From assembly GCA_963664325.2 (NCBI GenBank), contig CAXXDQ010000007.1:928001-992000 (forward strand): a stretch of DNA of 64,000 bases. Reading direction: 5' to 3'. The notes beneath the pieces are model-generated. The model saw only the letters and a list, made by a program, of their open reading frames with translations, made no database searches and was not told the DNA's origin. This document shows positions 19,944 to 30,628 of the stretch, piece after piece. The position numbers and the translations under genes were made by a program. Within the stretch, counting starts at the first letter, position 1. Each line of letters opens with the position of its first letter. This DNA is from Desulfomonilia bacterium. GTDB lineage: Bacteria > Desulfobacterota > Desulfomonilia > UBA1062.

Positions 19944-22025
19944 ATGCGCCCATTAATCTCATTTGTAACACGACATCCTCGAATTGTCCTTCTTATAGGA
20001 ATTCTGCTGGCGGTCCCGCTTGCCTATATGAAGCAGATGACGCCTCTCAACTATGATATCTTCACCTATATGCCGGAGGATGTGGAATCGGTTAAGGGAC
20101 AGCAGATACTTCATGAAAATTTCAAGACATCGAACACAGCATACATCCTTCTGAACTCAACGAATGTCCCGTTTGTACTGAAAATACAAAAGGATGTCGG
20201 CAAGGTGAAGGGCGTTCAGCGCGTCTCATGGATAAACGAGGTCGTCGATCCGAGCGTACCGGACAGTTTCATCCCCCAGCAGCTCCTTGGCATTTATAAA
20301 AAAGGCAACTACTCGCTGCTGCATATCTCGTTTGCTGAACCGAGTTCATCTGCAGTCACTCTCGAAGCCATTAAAGAAATCAAATCCTATCTTGGGAAAC
20401 AGGCCACAGCCTTCACAGGCCTGCCTATTTTCCTTTATGAGCTTAGAGAACTCATGGAAAGTGAGAAGCTCATTACATTCATGGCAGCGGCATGTTTCTC
20501 CTCGTTCGTGATCGGCATTTCACTCGGTTCATGGGCAATCCCGATTATATTCATGCTCTCCATCGGAATCGGGGTAATCTACAACCTCGGCACGAACTAC
20601 TTCATGGGCGAGGTTTCATACATAACAAGTGCAATCGCCTCCGCCATTCAGCTGGGTGTGATTCAGGACTTTTCCATTTTCCTGATCCACCGTTATCATG
20701 AGGAAAAAAAGCTTATCCCTGACCCTCAAATGGCCATGGAGGCAGCCATTACAAATACGCTTCCGGCCATTCTGCCTTCGGCCCTGACATGCATGGCCGG
20801 ATTTCTTGCGCTCATTCTCATGAAAATGAGGCTGGGCCTTGATATGGGGTTTGTCATGGCAAAGGGTGTTTTCATGGGCCTTGTAGTAACGATGACGCTC
20901 CTTCCGGCAATGCTGCTCGTGGCCAACCGCTTTGTCAAAACAAGGGGTGAAAAGGCTGCAAGCTCAGTCGGTACGAGAATATCTACGTTTCTTGTCAACA
21001 ACTCCGGCAAGATCACGGTCTTGTTCATCCTTCTCTTCATTCCCATGATCTGGGGTAAAACCCATGTGAAGATCTCTTATGACCTGGATGAGATGCTCCC
21101 GAGAAATCTCGAATCCATCAAGTGTCTTAAGACGATCAAGAACGTCCTTGGCTCGATGGAAATTTCCTATATAGTGTTCCCTGATACGATTCCGCGCTTC
21201 AGGCAGGAGCAGGCTGTTAAAGAAATCAAAAAGCTGAAGGGCGTAACAAGCGTGATCGCGCTCACATCCCTTGCAGATTCCGCAGTTCCCGAAAGCTTCA
21301 TCCCGGATAAGGCCAAAAGCCTTTTTTCCAAGGGCGGCTATTCCATGATCATGGTCAAGTTCTCGGATGAACCCGGAAGCACAGTGAGCAATCAGGCCGT
21401 CGATTCCATCAGGTCAGTCGTAAAAGCAGCCGGCATCAGTCCTTCATGGCTTGCCGGAACCACACCGATCAACAAGGACATGATGGATATATCAAAAAGG
21501 GATATCCCGGTTGTCGACATGGCGTCCCTGATAAGCATCATCGTGATAATCGCCCTGTTCATGCGTTCCGTCTCCATACCCTTTGTCCTCGTAGCTGCAA
21601 TCGAGCTTGCCATTTATACAAACCTGAGCATCCCGTATGCAATGGGCCGTTCAATACCCTTTTTGACCATAACCAGCATTTCTTCCATACAGCTGGCAAC
21701 AACAGTGGATTTCTCAATCCTGCTAATGACCCGGTACAGCCAGTGGAGAAAAAAACTGCCCAAGAAAGAGGCCATGATAAAGGCGCTCTCAGGCGGGATG
21801 GGCGCGATAACGATCTCGGGATTGAGCCTGGCCGCAGCCACAAGCGGCATAGCCCTTACGTCGCATGTAAGCGCCGTATCATCTCTTACGCTTATGATTG
21901 CCCGCGGGGCGCTAATATCGACTGCTGTTATTGTATTCCTGCTTCCTTCATTCATCCTCGCCTGCGACAAGATAATCACTCATACGAGTATGGGATTTTT
22001 GAAAAAGAAAGGAGAAGTTGCTTGA
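19944..22025 (+). CDS. MMPL/RND-superfamily transporter
   Basis: Two repeated halves; IQLGVIQDFSIFLIHRY and IQLATTVDFSILLMTRY; about 12 TM. Confidence 0.88.
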   Translation: MRPLISFVTRHPRIVLLIGILLAVPLAYMKQMTPLNYDIFTYMPEDVESVKGQQILHENFKTSNTAYILLNSTNVPFVLKIQKDVGKVKGVQRVSWINEVVDPSVPDSFIPQQLLGIYKKGNYSLLHISFAEPSSSAVTLEAIKEIKSYLGKQATAFTGLPIFLYELRELMESEKLITFMAAACFSSFVIGISLGSWAIPIIFMLSIGIGVIYNLGTNYFMGEVSYITSAIASAIQLGVIQDFSIFLIHRYHEEKKLIPDPQMAMEAAITNTLPAILPSALTCMAGFLALILMKMRLGLDMGFVMAKGVFMGLVVTMTLLPAMLLVANRFVKTRGEKAASSVGTRISTFLVNNSGKITVLFILLFIPMIWGKTHVKISYDLDEMLPRNLESIKCLKTIKNVLGSMEISYIVFPDTIPRFRQEQAVKEIKKLKGVTSVIALTSLADSAVPESFIPDKAKSLFSKGGYSMIMVKFSDEPGSTVSNQAVDSIRSVVKAAGISPSWLAGTTPINKDMMDISKRDIPVVDMASLISIIVIIALFMRSVSIPFVLVAAIELAIYTNLSIPYAMGRSIPFLTITSISSIQLATTVDFSILLMTRYSQWRKKLPKKEAMIKALSGGMGAITISGLSLAAATSGIALTSHVSAVSSLTLMIARGALISTAVIVFLLPSFILACDKIITHTSMGFLKKKGEVA

Positions 22026-23431
22026 AAAAGGCTATCTTTATAACCATGCTGATAATGCTTGCGGTTTCACCCCTTTCAGCCAGGAGCCTCTGCCGCAATG
22101 AAACCGTATATGTCAATCTTGACGCATCGGGGAACCCGCAGAAAACGGAAGTTGTAACATGGCTCAGGACTGACGGGAGAAACCCTTCGTCGGATACAAC
22201 GATACTCACAGACATAAAAAACATCAAAAGCGAGACTGTACCGGTTAAAAAAGGCGATTGTTATTCATTTTACACGAACGACACTGACATATTCTATTCA
22301 GGCACCCCGGACAAGGCCCTGCCCGTGTCAGCCCGGATCGTTTATTTCATGAACGGCCGGCAGGCCGACCCTTTGAAGCTGAAAGGCTTGAAGGGAAAAC
22401 TTGAAATAAGGATGACCATCCTTAACAACACATCAATAGCCGGCGCGGTAAGATACCGTGAAATCGGAAGCGGCGTGATGAAAAAATCTCCTGCAAAGCT
22501 GGCTGTTCCTTTTATGGTCATGGTATCCACAGACCTGCCCATTGAGAACTATGGCAATATCGATGCGCCCCAGGGTGCATATGCCGTTGTAGGCGACCAG
22601 ATCAAAATGAACTGGCTTGTTTTCCCGTTCCCTAAAGAAACAATATCATTGAAAGCGGATGTTGCGGGTTTCAAGATACCGTCCATAATGTTTACGGCAA
22701 TACCCAAAATGCCGCCGCTTCCAAAGGTCGATGTGGAAGGCAGGATGAATAAGATTTATAACGGGGTAAGCCAGGTGGGAGGATTCCTTAAAAAGGCCGA
22801 GGCGGGTGCTGTGGAAATGAATGACGGCCATAAAAAACTGAGAAACGCCCTTGCTCAAATGGATGACGGTACATCGAAACTCATACAGGCAAGCGAGGCC
22901 CAGGCTGAAATGACCAAAGGGGCGGTCACCATTAACCGCGGGCTTTCTGAAAATCTTGCCAAATTGAAGAAAGTGCCGTTCATGTCGGCAAAGGCCGATA
23001 AGGCCGTAGGCTACCTGGACATTCAGGCGAAATTTCTTGAACTGCTGGTCTCGGGAGGACAGTTTCCTGAAGATGTGCTTTCTTTCTTGAGAAAGAACGG
23101 CAGGCCCGAACCGCCGGTTAAAGAATTTCCCGGAATAAAAGTGACCGAGGAAGGCATCCGGCGCCTTAATGATGGAATAAAGCAGATGTCGGCCGGTGCA
23201 GTACTTCTCGAAAGAGGATCCGGCCGCCTGCAGGACGGCCTGTCCAAAATACGCACGGAAGGAACGGATAAAATCATGGCGGGCATACAGGAAGGGGCTG
23301 ATCCGCTCATGAAACAGCTTGCAACCATTGACACCGGCTATATAATGGCACAAAAGTATGACAGATTCTCAGGCAGGCAGTCGGATGTTAAAAGCTCCGT
23401 TGAATTTATCATGAAGACACCCGGAGAATAA
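22022..23431 (+). CDS. Secreted YhgE/Pip-like protein with LxxG heptads, partner of the MMPL transporter
   Basis: TTG start overlapping the MMPL stop (GGAGA RBS); signal peptide, RNETVYVNLDASG, PFMV, LNDG/LERG/LQDG heptads, C-terminal VEFIMKT; ORF-track start 21446 lies inside the MMPL gene. Confidence 0.65.
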   Translation: MKKAIFITMLIMLAVSPLSARSLCRNETVYVNLDASGNPQKTEVVTWLRTDGRNPSSDTTILTDIKNIKSETVPVKKGDCYSFYTNDTDIFYSGTPDKALPVSARIVYFMNGRQADPLKLKGLKGKLEIRMTILNNTSIAGAVRYREIGSGVMKKSPAKLAVPFMVMVSTDLPIENYGNIDAPQGAYAVVGDQIKMNWLVFPFPKETISLKADVAGFKIPSIMFTAIPKMPPLPKVDVEGRMNKIYNGVSQVGGFLKKAEAGAVEMNDGHKKLRNALAQMDDGTSKLIQASEAQAEMTKGAVTINRGLSENLAKLKKVPFMSAKADKAVGYLDIQAKFLELLVSGGQFPEDVLSFLRKNGRPEPPVKEFPGIKVTEEGIRRLNDGIKQMSAGAVLLERGSGRLQDGLSKIRTEGTDKIMAGIQEGADPLMKQLATIDTGYIMAQKYDRFSGRQSDVKSSVEFIMKTPGE

Positions 23432-23457
23432 TTTTAAAGACTGGAGGGGATAACAAG

Positions 23458-24528
23458 ATGAGCATGAAAATCAATATCATGAAGCATGAAAAACCCAAGG
23501 AAAAACCTCATCACAGCATCCTTGGCTTTGGCAAGCACTTCACGGACCACATGTTTATAATGGACTACAATGAGGAAAAATCCTGGCATGATCCCAGGAT
23601 TGTTCCTTACGGACCTATAACTCTTGACCCCTCAACCGCAGTCCTGCACTATGGCCAGGCCATTTTCGAAGGCATGAAGGCCTATGTCTCCGAAGACAAG
23701 AGGATACTGCTTTTCAGGCCCGACAAGAACATCCAGAGGATGAATGCAACCTGCGAAAGGATGTGCATCCCCCTGCTGGATGAGAATTTTGTCCTTGATG
23801 CCATTAAGGCATTTGTAAAATATGAAGACCACTGGATTCCAACGGCTCCTGAAACATCGCTTTATATAAGGCCGTTCATCTTTGCAACCGACCCGTATCT
23901 TGGAGTCAGGCCGTCTGCAACGTACAAGTTCATGATCATTCATTCACCTGTAGGGGCCTATTACCCGCAGGGCATAAATCCTGTTAATATTTATGTCGAA
24001 ACCAAATATGTCAGGGCCGTGCCAGGAGGAACGGGCAATATAAAGACCAGCGGGAACTATGCTGCAAGTTTGAAGGCACAGGCCGAAGCCTCACAGAAGG
24101 GCTATATCCAGGTTCTCTGGCTTGACGGCGTAAACAGGAAATATATCGAGGAAGTCGGTTCAATGAATGTTTTTTTCAAGATAAAAGGCGAAGTCATTAC
24201 ACCTTCGCTCGAAGGCAGCATCCTGCCGGGCGTCACAAGAGACTCCGTAATCATGCTCCTGAAGGATGAAGGCATCCCTGTTCAGGAAAGAAAGATATCG
24301 ATTGACGAGGTTTTCAATGCCTTTGAAAAAGGCGAGCTTGAAGAGGCATTCGGGACAGGTACGGCCGCAGTCATATCTCCAATCGGTGTTCTTGACTGGG
24401 CCGGAAGGGACATTCTAGTCAATGACGGCAAGATCGGACAACTCTCGCAGCATCTTTACACTACCCTTACAGGTATACAGTTCGGCCGGATTCATGATAA
24501 ATTCGGATGGACCGTTGAGGTGAAGTAA
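23458..24528 (+). CDS. ilvE: Branched-chain amino acid aminotransferase
   Basis: FGKHFTDHM, LHYGQAIFEGMK, LYIRP, KTSGNYAAS, EEVGSMN, ILPGVTR, GTGTAAVISP. Confidence 0.95.
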   Translation: MSMKINIMKHEKPKEKPHHSILGFGKHFTDHMFIMDYNEEKSWHDPRIVPYGPITLDPSTAVLHYGQAIFEGMKAYVSEDKRILLFRPDKNIQRMNATCERMCIPLLDENFVLDAIKAFVKYEDHWIPTAPETSLYIRPFIFATDPYLGVRPSATYKFMIIHSPVGAYYPQGINPVNIYVETKYVRAVPGGTGNIKTSGNYAASLKAQAEASQKGYIQVLWLDGVNRKYIEEVGSMNVFFKIKGEVITPSLEGSILPGVTRDSVIMLLKDEGIPVQERKISIDEVFNAFEKGELEEAFGTGTAAVISPIGVLDWAGRDILVNDGKIGQLSQHLYTTLTGIQFGRIHDKFGWTVEVK

Positions 24529-24536
24529 AACAGGTA

Positions 24537-26159
24537 TCAGGATTTTACAATCAGGCAAGTAATATATCGGGGATTGATTTCATTAACTGACCTGAACCCC
24601 ATAAGCTCCGAGTCAAGACGCCTGCAAAGCTGGCCGACCGCACTGTCTACAACATGGCGTTTTGATTCCGTCACCATTCCTGAAACAAGTTTTTTCAGCC
24701 CGATGATAAAATTCTGTTTCACGCGTCTCTCTTTTTCCTTTATCCCGGTTGCAGTGCTGATGAATGCCGAGAACTCTTCCTGAGAAAGTGGCCGGAAGAT
24801 TATTTTCCCCGAAACAACGTTGAGCGCAACCATCGTAAGTATGATGTTTTCCAGATCCAGTCCTTCAGCGGTGACATTGGCACCTTTTAGATTTGCGCCT
24901 TTGAAATCGATATCTTTAATCATTTCACGCATCAGCTCAAGCCGCCCGATAATTTCATTTGCACCGTCGATATCGTCGATAGTTATAAACCTGTCAGCAA
25001 TCGTTACGGGATATTTTTTAAGCAGGCTCTCGGTAACCTCCCTGCAGGATGAGGGAACCATGTCCTGCCCGATACCTTTCAAACTGCGCCTGAGCCTGTC
25101 CTGGAGTTCCATGAGGGTATTGAAGCCAAGTGAAAAGAACGTCTCGGCTGTCATTGTTTTAAGTATGCCAGGGGCATCCTCTCCCTTATTACGCATGGCT
25201 ACAGAAAGTCCCAGAGACGTCAACGCAGCAGCTTTTTCCGCTGATGTCCTTAACGAACCGATATCGTTGAGCGGTTTGTAATCAGCCATTATGACCTTGT
25301 TGGCGAGATACATCAATTCAAAGGAAAAATTCTCAACAGTCTCCGGATCCGCCTCTGCCATTGCAGATATTAGCAGGCTGCTTCCTGATATCTGTTCATC
25401 GTACAGGGCGGGCAAAAAGAATTTTTCCTCTTCCCGAATAACCGGAATCTGATCTGTTCTCAGCCCTGAAGATATGATTTTCTTCGTGGGTATCCTTGAA
25501 TAAATACCTGATGCCTCTTCCGGAGGTGGGAAACCAAGTTCGGTAAGCCTGATCGAGCGATGGTGAAACGCCGTTTCCTCCAGGGTTGCGGGCAGTTCCC
25601 AGCGTACTCCTTCCAGTATTCTGAAATACATGTCCTGGTTATATATGAAAGCCCTGTCCAGTATGAATCTCAAGAGCTTTGTTTCTTCAGTATCCTCGGA
25701 AAATCTGAAAAAGTAGCTGTTGTCAAAGGTCTCATAACCAGCCTCTGCCAGTTGGGATATATTGTCGTCAGTCGGACTTGTAACAGTCACCTTAAGGTAC
25801 GGGTAGAACAGGAGAATCAACAATTCCAGGTCCAGAACGTTAAGGGCATCCATAAGGGTATCGTCTGCCGCGTTGACGAGTTCGTTCAGCCAGTTGAACA
25901 GGCCCTCAATTGAAGGATTGTCCCCTTTCCAGCAGTCTATATCGATGAATGTTACGATTCTTTCTGGCTTGACGTAAGGGAGAAGAAACTGGCTGTCGCC
26001 GCCAAAGCTTTCCTTGATTATCATATAGGCATCCTGCACAGGTATGTGCTGGAGGATCTCTTCACAATTCGGCGAGTCTATTATCGAACTCGCCCTTTGC
26101 TCTTTAGGGCAGGAGAGTATACGCTTTATTTCCAGTGCAATTTCTTTATCGTCATGCAT
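24537..26159 (-). CDS. DUF6178-like hypothetical protein
   Basis: DIDCW, ETFDN.YF, WELP..LEE, RSIRL.ELGFP..EEA, ANKVIMAD pattern recalled for this family. Confidence 0.6.
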   Translation of the reverse strand: MHDDKEIALEIKRILSCPKEQRASSIIDSPNCEEILQHIPVQDAYMIIKESFGGDSQFLLPYVKPERIVTFIDIDCWKGDNPSIEGLFNWLNELVNAADDTLMDALNVLDLELLILLFYPYLKVTVTSPTDDNISQLAEAGYETFDNSYFFRFSEDTEETKLLRFILDRAFIYNQDMYFRILEGVRWELPATLEETAFHHRSIRLTELGFPPPEEASGIYSRIPTKKIISSGLRTDQIPVIREEEKFFLPALYDEQISGSSLLISAMAEADPETVENFSFELMYLANKVIMADYKPLNDIGSLRTSAEKAAALTSLGLSVAMRNKGEDAPGILKTMTAETFFSLGFNTLMELQDRLRRSLKGIGQDMVPSSCREVTESLLKKYPVTIADRFITIDDIDGANEIIGRLELMREMIKDIDFKGANLKGANVTAEGLDLENIILTMVALNVVSGKIIFRPLSQEEFSAFISTATGIKEKERRVKQNFIIGLKKLVSGMVTESKRHVVDSAVGQLCRRLDSELMGFRSVNEINPRYITCLIVKS

Positions 26160-26210
26160 CCTGTAGCGGATAGCACAGGCTTAAGGCACCTTCAAGCCTG
26201 CAATAATTTT

Positions 26211-29200
26211 TTATTTGTGCATCATATCTTCGTGATTCATGAAATCTTCTTCACCGAAGAGCTTGCGGTTTATCCAGCGTCTTATCCTTGGTGTATAATC
26301 TTCGACAACATAATATATCGACGGGACAACAAAGAGAGTCAATGCAGTGCTGACCAGAAGACCAAAGCTTACCGAAAGCGCCATAGGAGAACTCGTCTCC
26401 GAGCCTTCCCCCTTTGAGAAGGCCATAGGAATCATGGCGACGATTGCTGTAAGGGAGGTCATGAGAACAGGCCTCAGCCTTATAGTAGCGCCCTGAATAA
26501 TCGCCTGGGTTTTTTCAACGCCGCTGAGCCTCAGCCTGTTTATATAGTCGATCATAACTATACCGTTTTTAACGACTATACCCATCAGAATGATAAGACC
26601 CATTATCGAAGGTACAGACAGGTTGTTGCCTGTTAATATAAGCCCGAGGACAACGCCTATATAGGCAAGTGGCATTGTAAACATGACGATAAACGGCTGG
26701 GACAGAGATTCGAACTGCGCAGCCATGATCATATAGATAAGGACTATGGCTACAAGAAATGCCAGACCGAGTTCCCTGCGGGAGCTCTGCATATCTTCAA
26801 ACTGGCCTCCAACCTCGTAAGAATACCCCTGGGGCATTTTTATCGTTTTTAAAACATTCTGGATATCTTTTGTAATACTCTGGAGGTCTCTTTTGAAATT
26901 TGTTGCACCTATCGTCACAACACGTTCCTGATTTTTTCTGAATATGGAAATAGGACCGTATGTCTTAACTGTTTTCGTGACCTGCGAAAGAGGAATCATA
27001 TTACTTACACCCGGATATGATCCCTGAGCCTTAACGGCAACAGGCGACTGGATACAAATATTGTTTAAATCAGCAAATGACGTGCTCCCTTCATCACTGA
27101 ACTTTACCATAATATCATACTCTTTGCCCCCTTCCCTAAAGAAGGTTACTGTCCTGCCCTGCATGGCCATCTGAACGGCGTCGGCAATATGATAGACGGT
27201 CAGTCCCAGCCTTGCCGCCTCTTCACGGTCGACTTCAATGCGAAGCTCGGGTTTTCTTTTTTTAAGAGATTTTTTAAGGTCTTTAAGCCCGGGGACCGCG
27301 GAAAGTTTTTTCATCATGTTATCACTGATATTATCCAGAACATCCAGATCAGGGCCAAAAATATCGATTGCAATCGGGCTGCTGTCTCCGCCCATAAGGT
27401 TTCCTGCAACATCCTCAAATCTGTAATCGACCCCGCTAAGCTTCGGAAACAGCCCCCTTACTTCATTGACGATAACATCCATGCTTTTTCTACGGTCATC
27501 TTTTTCCTTAAAACGAATCCATACGGTTGCCTTATTGATACCGCTGTCCTGATCGAATTTCGATCCCTGCGTCTGGCCGACAATGCTTACGACTCCGATC
27601 ACTTCAGGCCTGGCCAGAAACAGATTCTCAATCTGTTTCACAACATGATTCGTTTCCGATAGCAGCGAACCTTCTGGGAGCGTTATATGCATGGCGGATA
27701 TCGAATAATCCTGCTTCGGCATAAATTCCCCGCCGATAAGGCCGGTAAGCCCGATGCTGATGACGAGTATTCCAAACGCCCCCCCCACAACAAATTTCTT
27801 TTTATTGAGAGCTGTTGCGAGCAGTAAGGCATATTTATCGTTCATCCTCTTTATCCAGCCCTTGTCATCAATATCCTTATAGACCTCTTTTTCCTTTTTG
27901 AAGAGAGAGGCGGCAATGGCAGGTATTATCGTGAACGCTACGAACAGAGACGCCGCAAGCGCAAGGCAGACCGTGAACGACAGCGGCCTGGCCAGTTTAC
28001 CTGCAATGCCTTTAGCCAGGCTGAGCGGGATGAAAACGGCCATTGTTGTGAATGTGCTTGCCGTAACCGCGAGAACAACCTCTTTTGCACCGTCGATGGC
28101 CGCAATATTCCTGGGCTTGCCCTGCTCCAGATGGCGGAACGTGTTTTCAATGACAACGATTGCGTCGTCAACAACCAGTCCGACTGCCAGAGTCAGCCCT
28201 CCGAGCGTCATAATGTTGAATGTATATCCAAGCAGGTTCATCCCGATGAAAGTGGTTATTATGGAAAGCGGTATTGCAAGACTGATCGCAATAGTCGGCC
28301 TGAAAGCCTTTAGAAATATGAACACTACTAATATGGCTATGATTCCACCGATGACACCGTCTTTGCCTGTATTTGAAATGGAGTTCTTGATTATTTTACC
28401 CTGATTGTAAATCAAAAAGAACTTCACACCAGAAGGTGATGTCTTTTCGATCTCTTTCATTTTCTCCATTACGCCTTCTGCAGCCTTTACCGTATTGGAG
28501 CCGCTTTGTTTCATGACATATAAAATTACCGTAGGTTCGCGGTTCGTACGTTCCTGTCCCCTTATTTCTTTGAACCCGTCCTTCACCTGGGCGATGTCTT
28601 CCAGATGTATTATCTGGCCTTCCTTGCCCATATTTATTGCAATCCCTTTGATCTGATCAATGTTTTCGAAATAGCCGCTTGTCCTGACCATGTATTCTTT
28701 CTGATCGATTACGACATTTCCCCCGGACATGCTCAGGTTGGAAGCAAGGACAGCCTGCCTTATCTGCTCCAGCGATGTATTGGTAGCCTTGAGTTTTGTC
28801 GGGTCAATCAGTATCTGGATTTCCCTTATCTTGCCGCCCCAAAGACCAACCTGTGATATCCCGTCGCATCTTTCGAGCTTTGTTTTGACCGAGCTTCTCA
28901 GATATTCCCTGAGTTCCATTGTATTGGCCATGCCCGTGACACCGTACTCGAGGATCGGCATGTTGGTGATGTTGAATTTCAAGACCATTGGAGTATCTGC
29001 GTCTTTTGGCAGATAATCGGTCACCCAGCTCAGCTTTTCCCTGACATCCTGGGCAGCGGCATCGATATTGGTCCCCCATTCAAACTCGATGGTTATTGTT
29101 GAGACTCCTTCGGATGTGTTTGAACTGAGTTTCTTGACGCCCGCAACACTGCCGACGAATTCTTCTATCGGCCTTGTAACTCCTGTCTCAAGCTCGGCTG

Positions 29201-29366
29201 ATCCCACACCCTGATATGTAGTAACAACCGTAACAACCGGATACTCGATTTCAGGGAAAAGGTCTATTCCCAGGTCTCTGAACGCAAGCAGGCCGAAAAG
29301 GGTTATGATGAGCGTAAACATTGTAATTGCAATGCGACGCTTAACAGAAAATTCAATAATACTCAT
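26211..29366 (-). CDS. RND efflux permease (AcrB/AcrD/AcrF family)
   Basis: DLFPEIEYP, GLVVDDAIVVIEN, IMAAQFES, GIVVKNGI, RLRPVLMT; 1051 aa. Confidence 0.95.
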   Translation of the reverse strand: MSIIEFSVKRRIAITMFTLIITLFGLLAFRDLGIDLFPEIEYPVVTVVTTYQGVGSAELETGVTRPIEEFVGSVAGVKKLSSNTSEGVSTITIEFEWGTNIDAAAQDVREKLSWVTDYLPKDADTPMVLKFNITNMPILEYGVTGMANTMELREYLRSSVKTKLERCDGISQVGLWGGKIREIQILIDPTKLKATNTSLEQIRQAVLASNLSMSGGNVVIDQKEYMVRTSGYFENIDQIKGIAINMGKEGQIIHLEDIAQVKDGFKEIRGQERTNREPTVILYVMKQSGSNTVKAAEGVMEKMKEIEKTSPSGVKFFLIYNQGKIIKNSISNTGKDGVIGGIIAILVVFIFLKAFRPTIAISLAIPLSIITTFIGMNLLGYTFNIMTLGGLTLAVGLVVDDAIVVIENTFRHLEQGKPRNIAAIDGAKEVVLAVTASTFTTMAVFIPLSLAKGIAGKLARPLSFTVCLALAASLFVAFTIIPAIAASLFKKEKEVYKDIDDKGWIKRMNDKYALLLATALNKKKFVVGGAFGILVISIGLTGLIGGEFMPKQDYSISAMHITLPEGSLLSETNHVVKQIENLFLARPEVIGVVSIVGQTQGSKFDQDSGINKATVWIRFKEKDDRRKSMDVIVNEVRGLFPKLSGVDYRFEDVAGNLMGGDSSPIAIDIFGPDLDVLDNISDNMMKKLSAVPGLKDLKKSLKKRKPELRIEVDREEAARLGLTVYHIADAVQMAMQGRTVTFFREGGKEYDIMVKFSDEGSTSFADLNNICIQSPVAVKAQGSYPGVSNMIPLSQVTKTVKTYGPISIFRKNQERVVTIGATNFKRDLQSITKDIQNVLKTIKMPQGYSYEVGGQFEDMQSSRRELGLAFLVAIVLIYMIMAAQFESLSQPFIVMFTMPLAYIGVVLGLILTGNNLSVPSIMGLIILMGIVVKNGIVMIDYINRLRLSGVEKTQAIIQGATIRLRPVLMTSLTAIVAMIPMAFSKGEGSETSSPMALSVSFGLLVSTALTLFVVPSIYYVVEDYTPRIRRWINRKLFGEEDFMNHEDMMHK

Positions 29367-29400
29367 CTATTACCCTCCGGCTTTTTAAGGCGTATCGGCA

Positions 29401-30618
29401 TTATTTGGCATTTGGATAAGAAGCCGGATTTTTCTGCTGCACCGAAGCTGGTGTTTCAGGACCTTTCGGTTGAACAGTCGGAGCCGGTATTGGAGCCTGT
29501 ATTGGAGCCGCTATTTTCTCTTTTGCCTTCACTTCCATACCGTCATTAAGCCCGACCTGTCCTTCGACAACAACAAAATCCCCGGGCTGGAGCCCGCTAA
29601 GAACTTCATACGTGTCATCTCCCTCGATGCCGGTTTTAACAGGCGTTTTTTTCACTTTACCACCGGAGACCTTAAAGACATAAAACCCTTCCTCCCCCTG
29701 TAAAAAAGCAGGTTTCGGGGCATAAATCGCATCATTCCTCGCTTTTTGCACTACCTTTGCCCTGGCGGTCATGCCGCTTCTCAGTTTAAAGTCGGCATTA
29801 TCCATCGTTATTGTTACCTTGAACGTCTTGCTTATTGCATTAATGGACGGGAATACCTTAGTAATGACACCTTCGAAAGTTCTGTCAGGAATAGCATCCA
29901 CCGTGACCATGCATTTGCTCCCGACATCGAGATAGCCGAATGCATCCTCTGAAAGGTCGACTTCCAGTTTGACCTTGCTCATGTTTTCGACAATAAAGGC
30001 CGGCATTGGCGATTGCGGGGCAGAAAGCTCTCCTTCATTGACAAATTTACTTGTTACGGTACCGGAAATAGGGGAAACAACCCTGCATTCGCTGACCGCC
30101 TTTTTCGCATTCTCAACCTGGGCAATGGCTTGCTCCATCTGATATTTGTTCGCTTCAAGCTGGCTTTGGGCATCCTGGTATGACTGCTCGGCTATCGCCT
30201 GTTCCTTGTGAAGGCTTTCTGCCCTCGCAAGATCTCTCTTGCTTTTTTCAACACCGACTTCAGCAAGTTTTGCTACCGCTGCATACCCTCTTACCCCGAG
30301 ATTATATTCAGCGTCGCTCAACTGCATCAGCACTTGTCCGGCGCTAACATTCGAGCCTTCCGAAACATAAATTCTCAACACCCTGCCGGCGACTTTCGGG
30401 ATTACCCTGGCCATATCATTTGCAGCAATTGTTCCCATTGCAGCAAAAGCCTTATGGATGGGACCTCTCTGTACCTTTGATACAATAACCTCGGCCTTGG
30501 AATCATCTGTTTTCTTGTCGTTAGTTTTGGAACTGTCCTCGTTTTTACTGCATGCTCCGAGCACCAGCAGGACAGCACTAACAAGCAAAACCCACCTTGT
30601 TCTGTTCAGGTAATTCAT
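29401..30618 (-). CDS. RND periplasmic adaptor (membrane fusion lipoprotein)
   Basis: Lipobox LGAC, lipoyl halves PKVAGRV and SPISG, LRSGMTARA. Confidence 0.93.
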   Translation of the reverse strand: MNYLNRTRWVLLVSAVLLVLGACSKNEDSSKTNDKKTDDSKAEVIVSKVQRGPIHKAFAAMGTIAANDMARVIPKVAGRVLRIYVSEGSNVSAGQVLMQLSDAEYNLGVRGYAAVAKLAEVGVEKSKRDLARAESLHKEQAIAEQSYQDAQSQLEANKYQMEQAIAQVENAKKAVSECRVVSPISGTVTSKFVNEGELSAPQSPMPAFIVENMSKVKLEVDLSEDAFGYLDVGSKCMVTVDAIPDRTFEGVITKVFPSINAISKTFKVTITMDNADFKLRSGMTARAKVVQKARNDAIYAPKPAFLQGEEGFYVFKVSGGKVKKTPVKTGIEGDDTYEVLSGLQPGDFVVVEGQVGLNDGMEVKAKEKIAAPIQAPIPAPTVQPKGPETPASVQQKNPASYPNAK

Positions 30619-30628
30619 AATTATTCTC

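Noticed and set aside
21446-22021. N-terminal 192 codons of the 661-aa ORF
   Set aside because: Out-of-frame overlap with the MMPL gene; the real start is the TTG at 22022, which has an RBS and signal peptide
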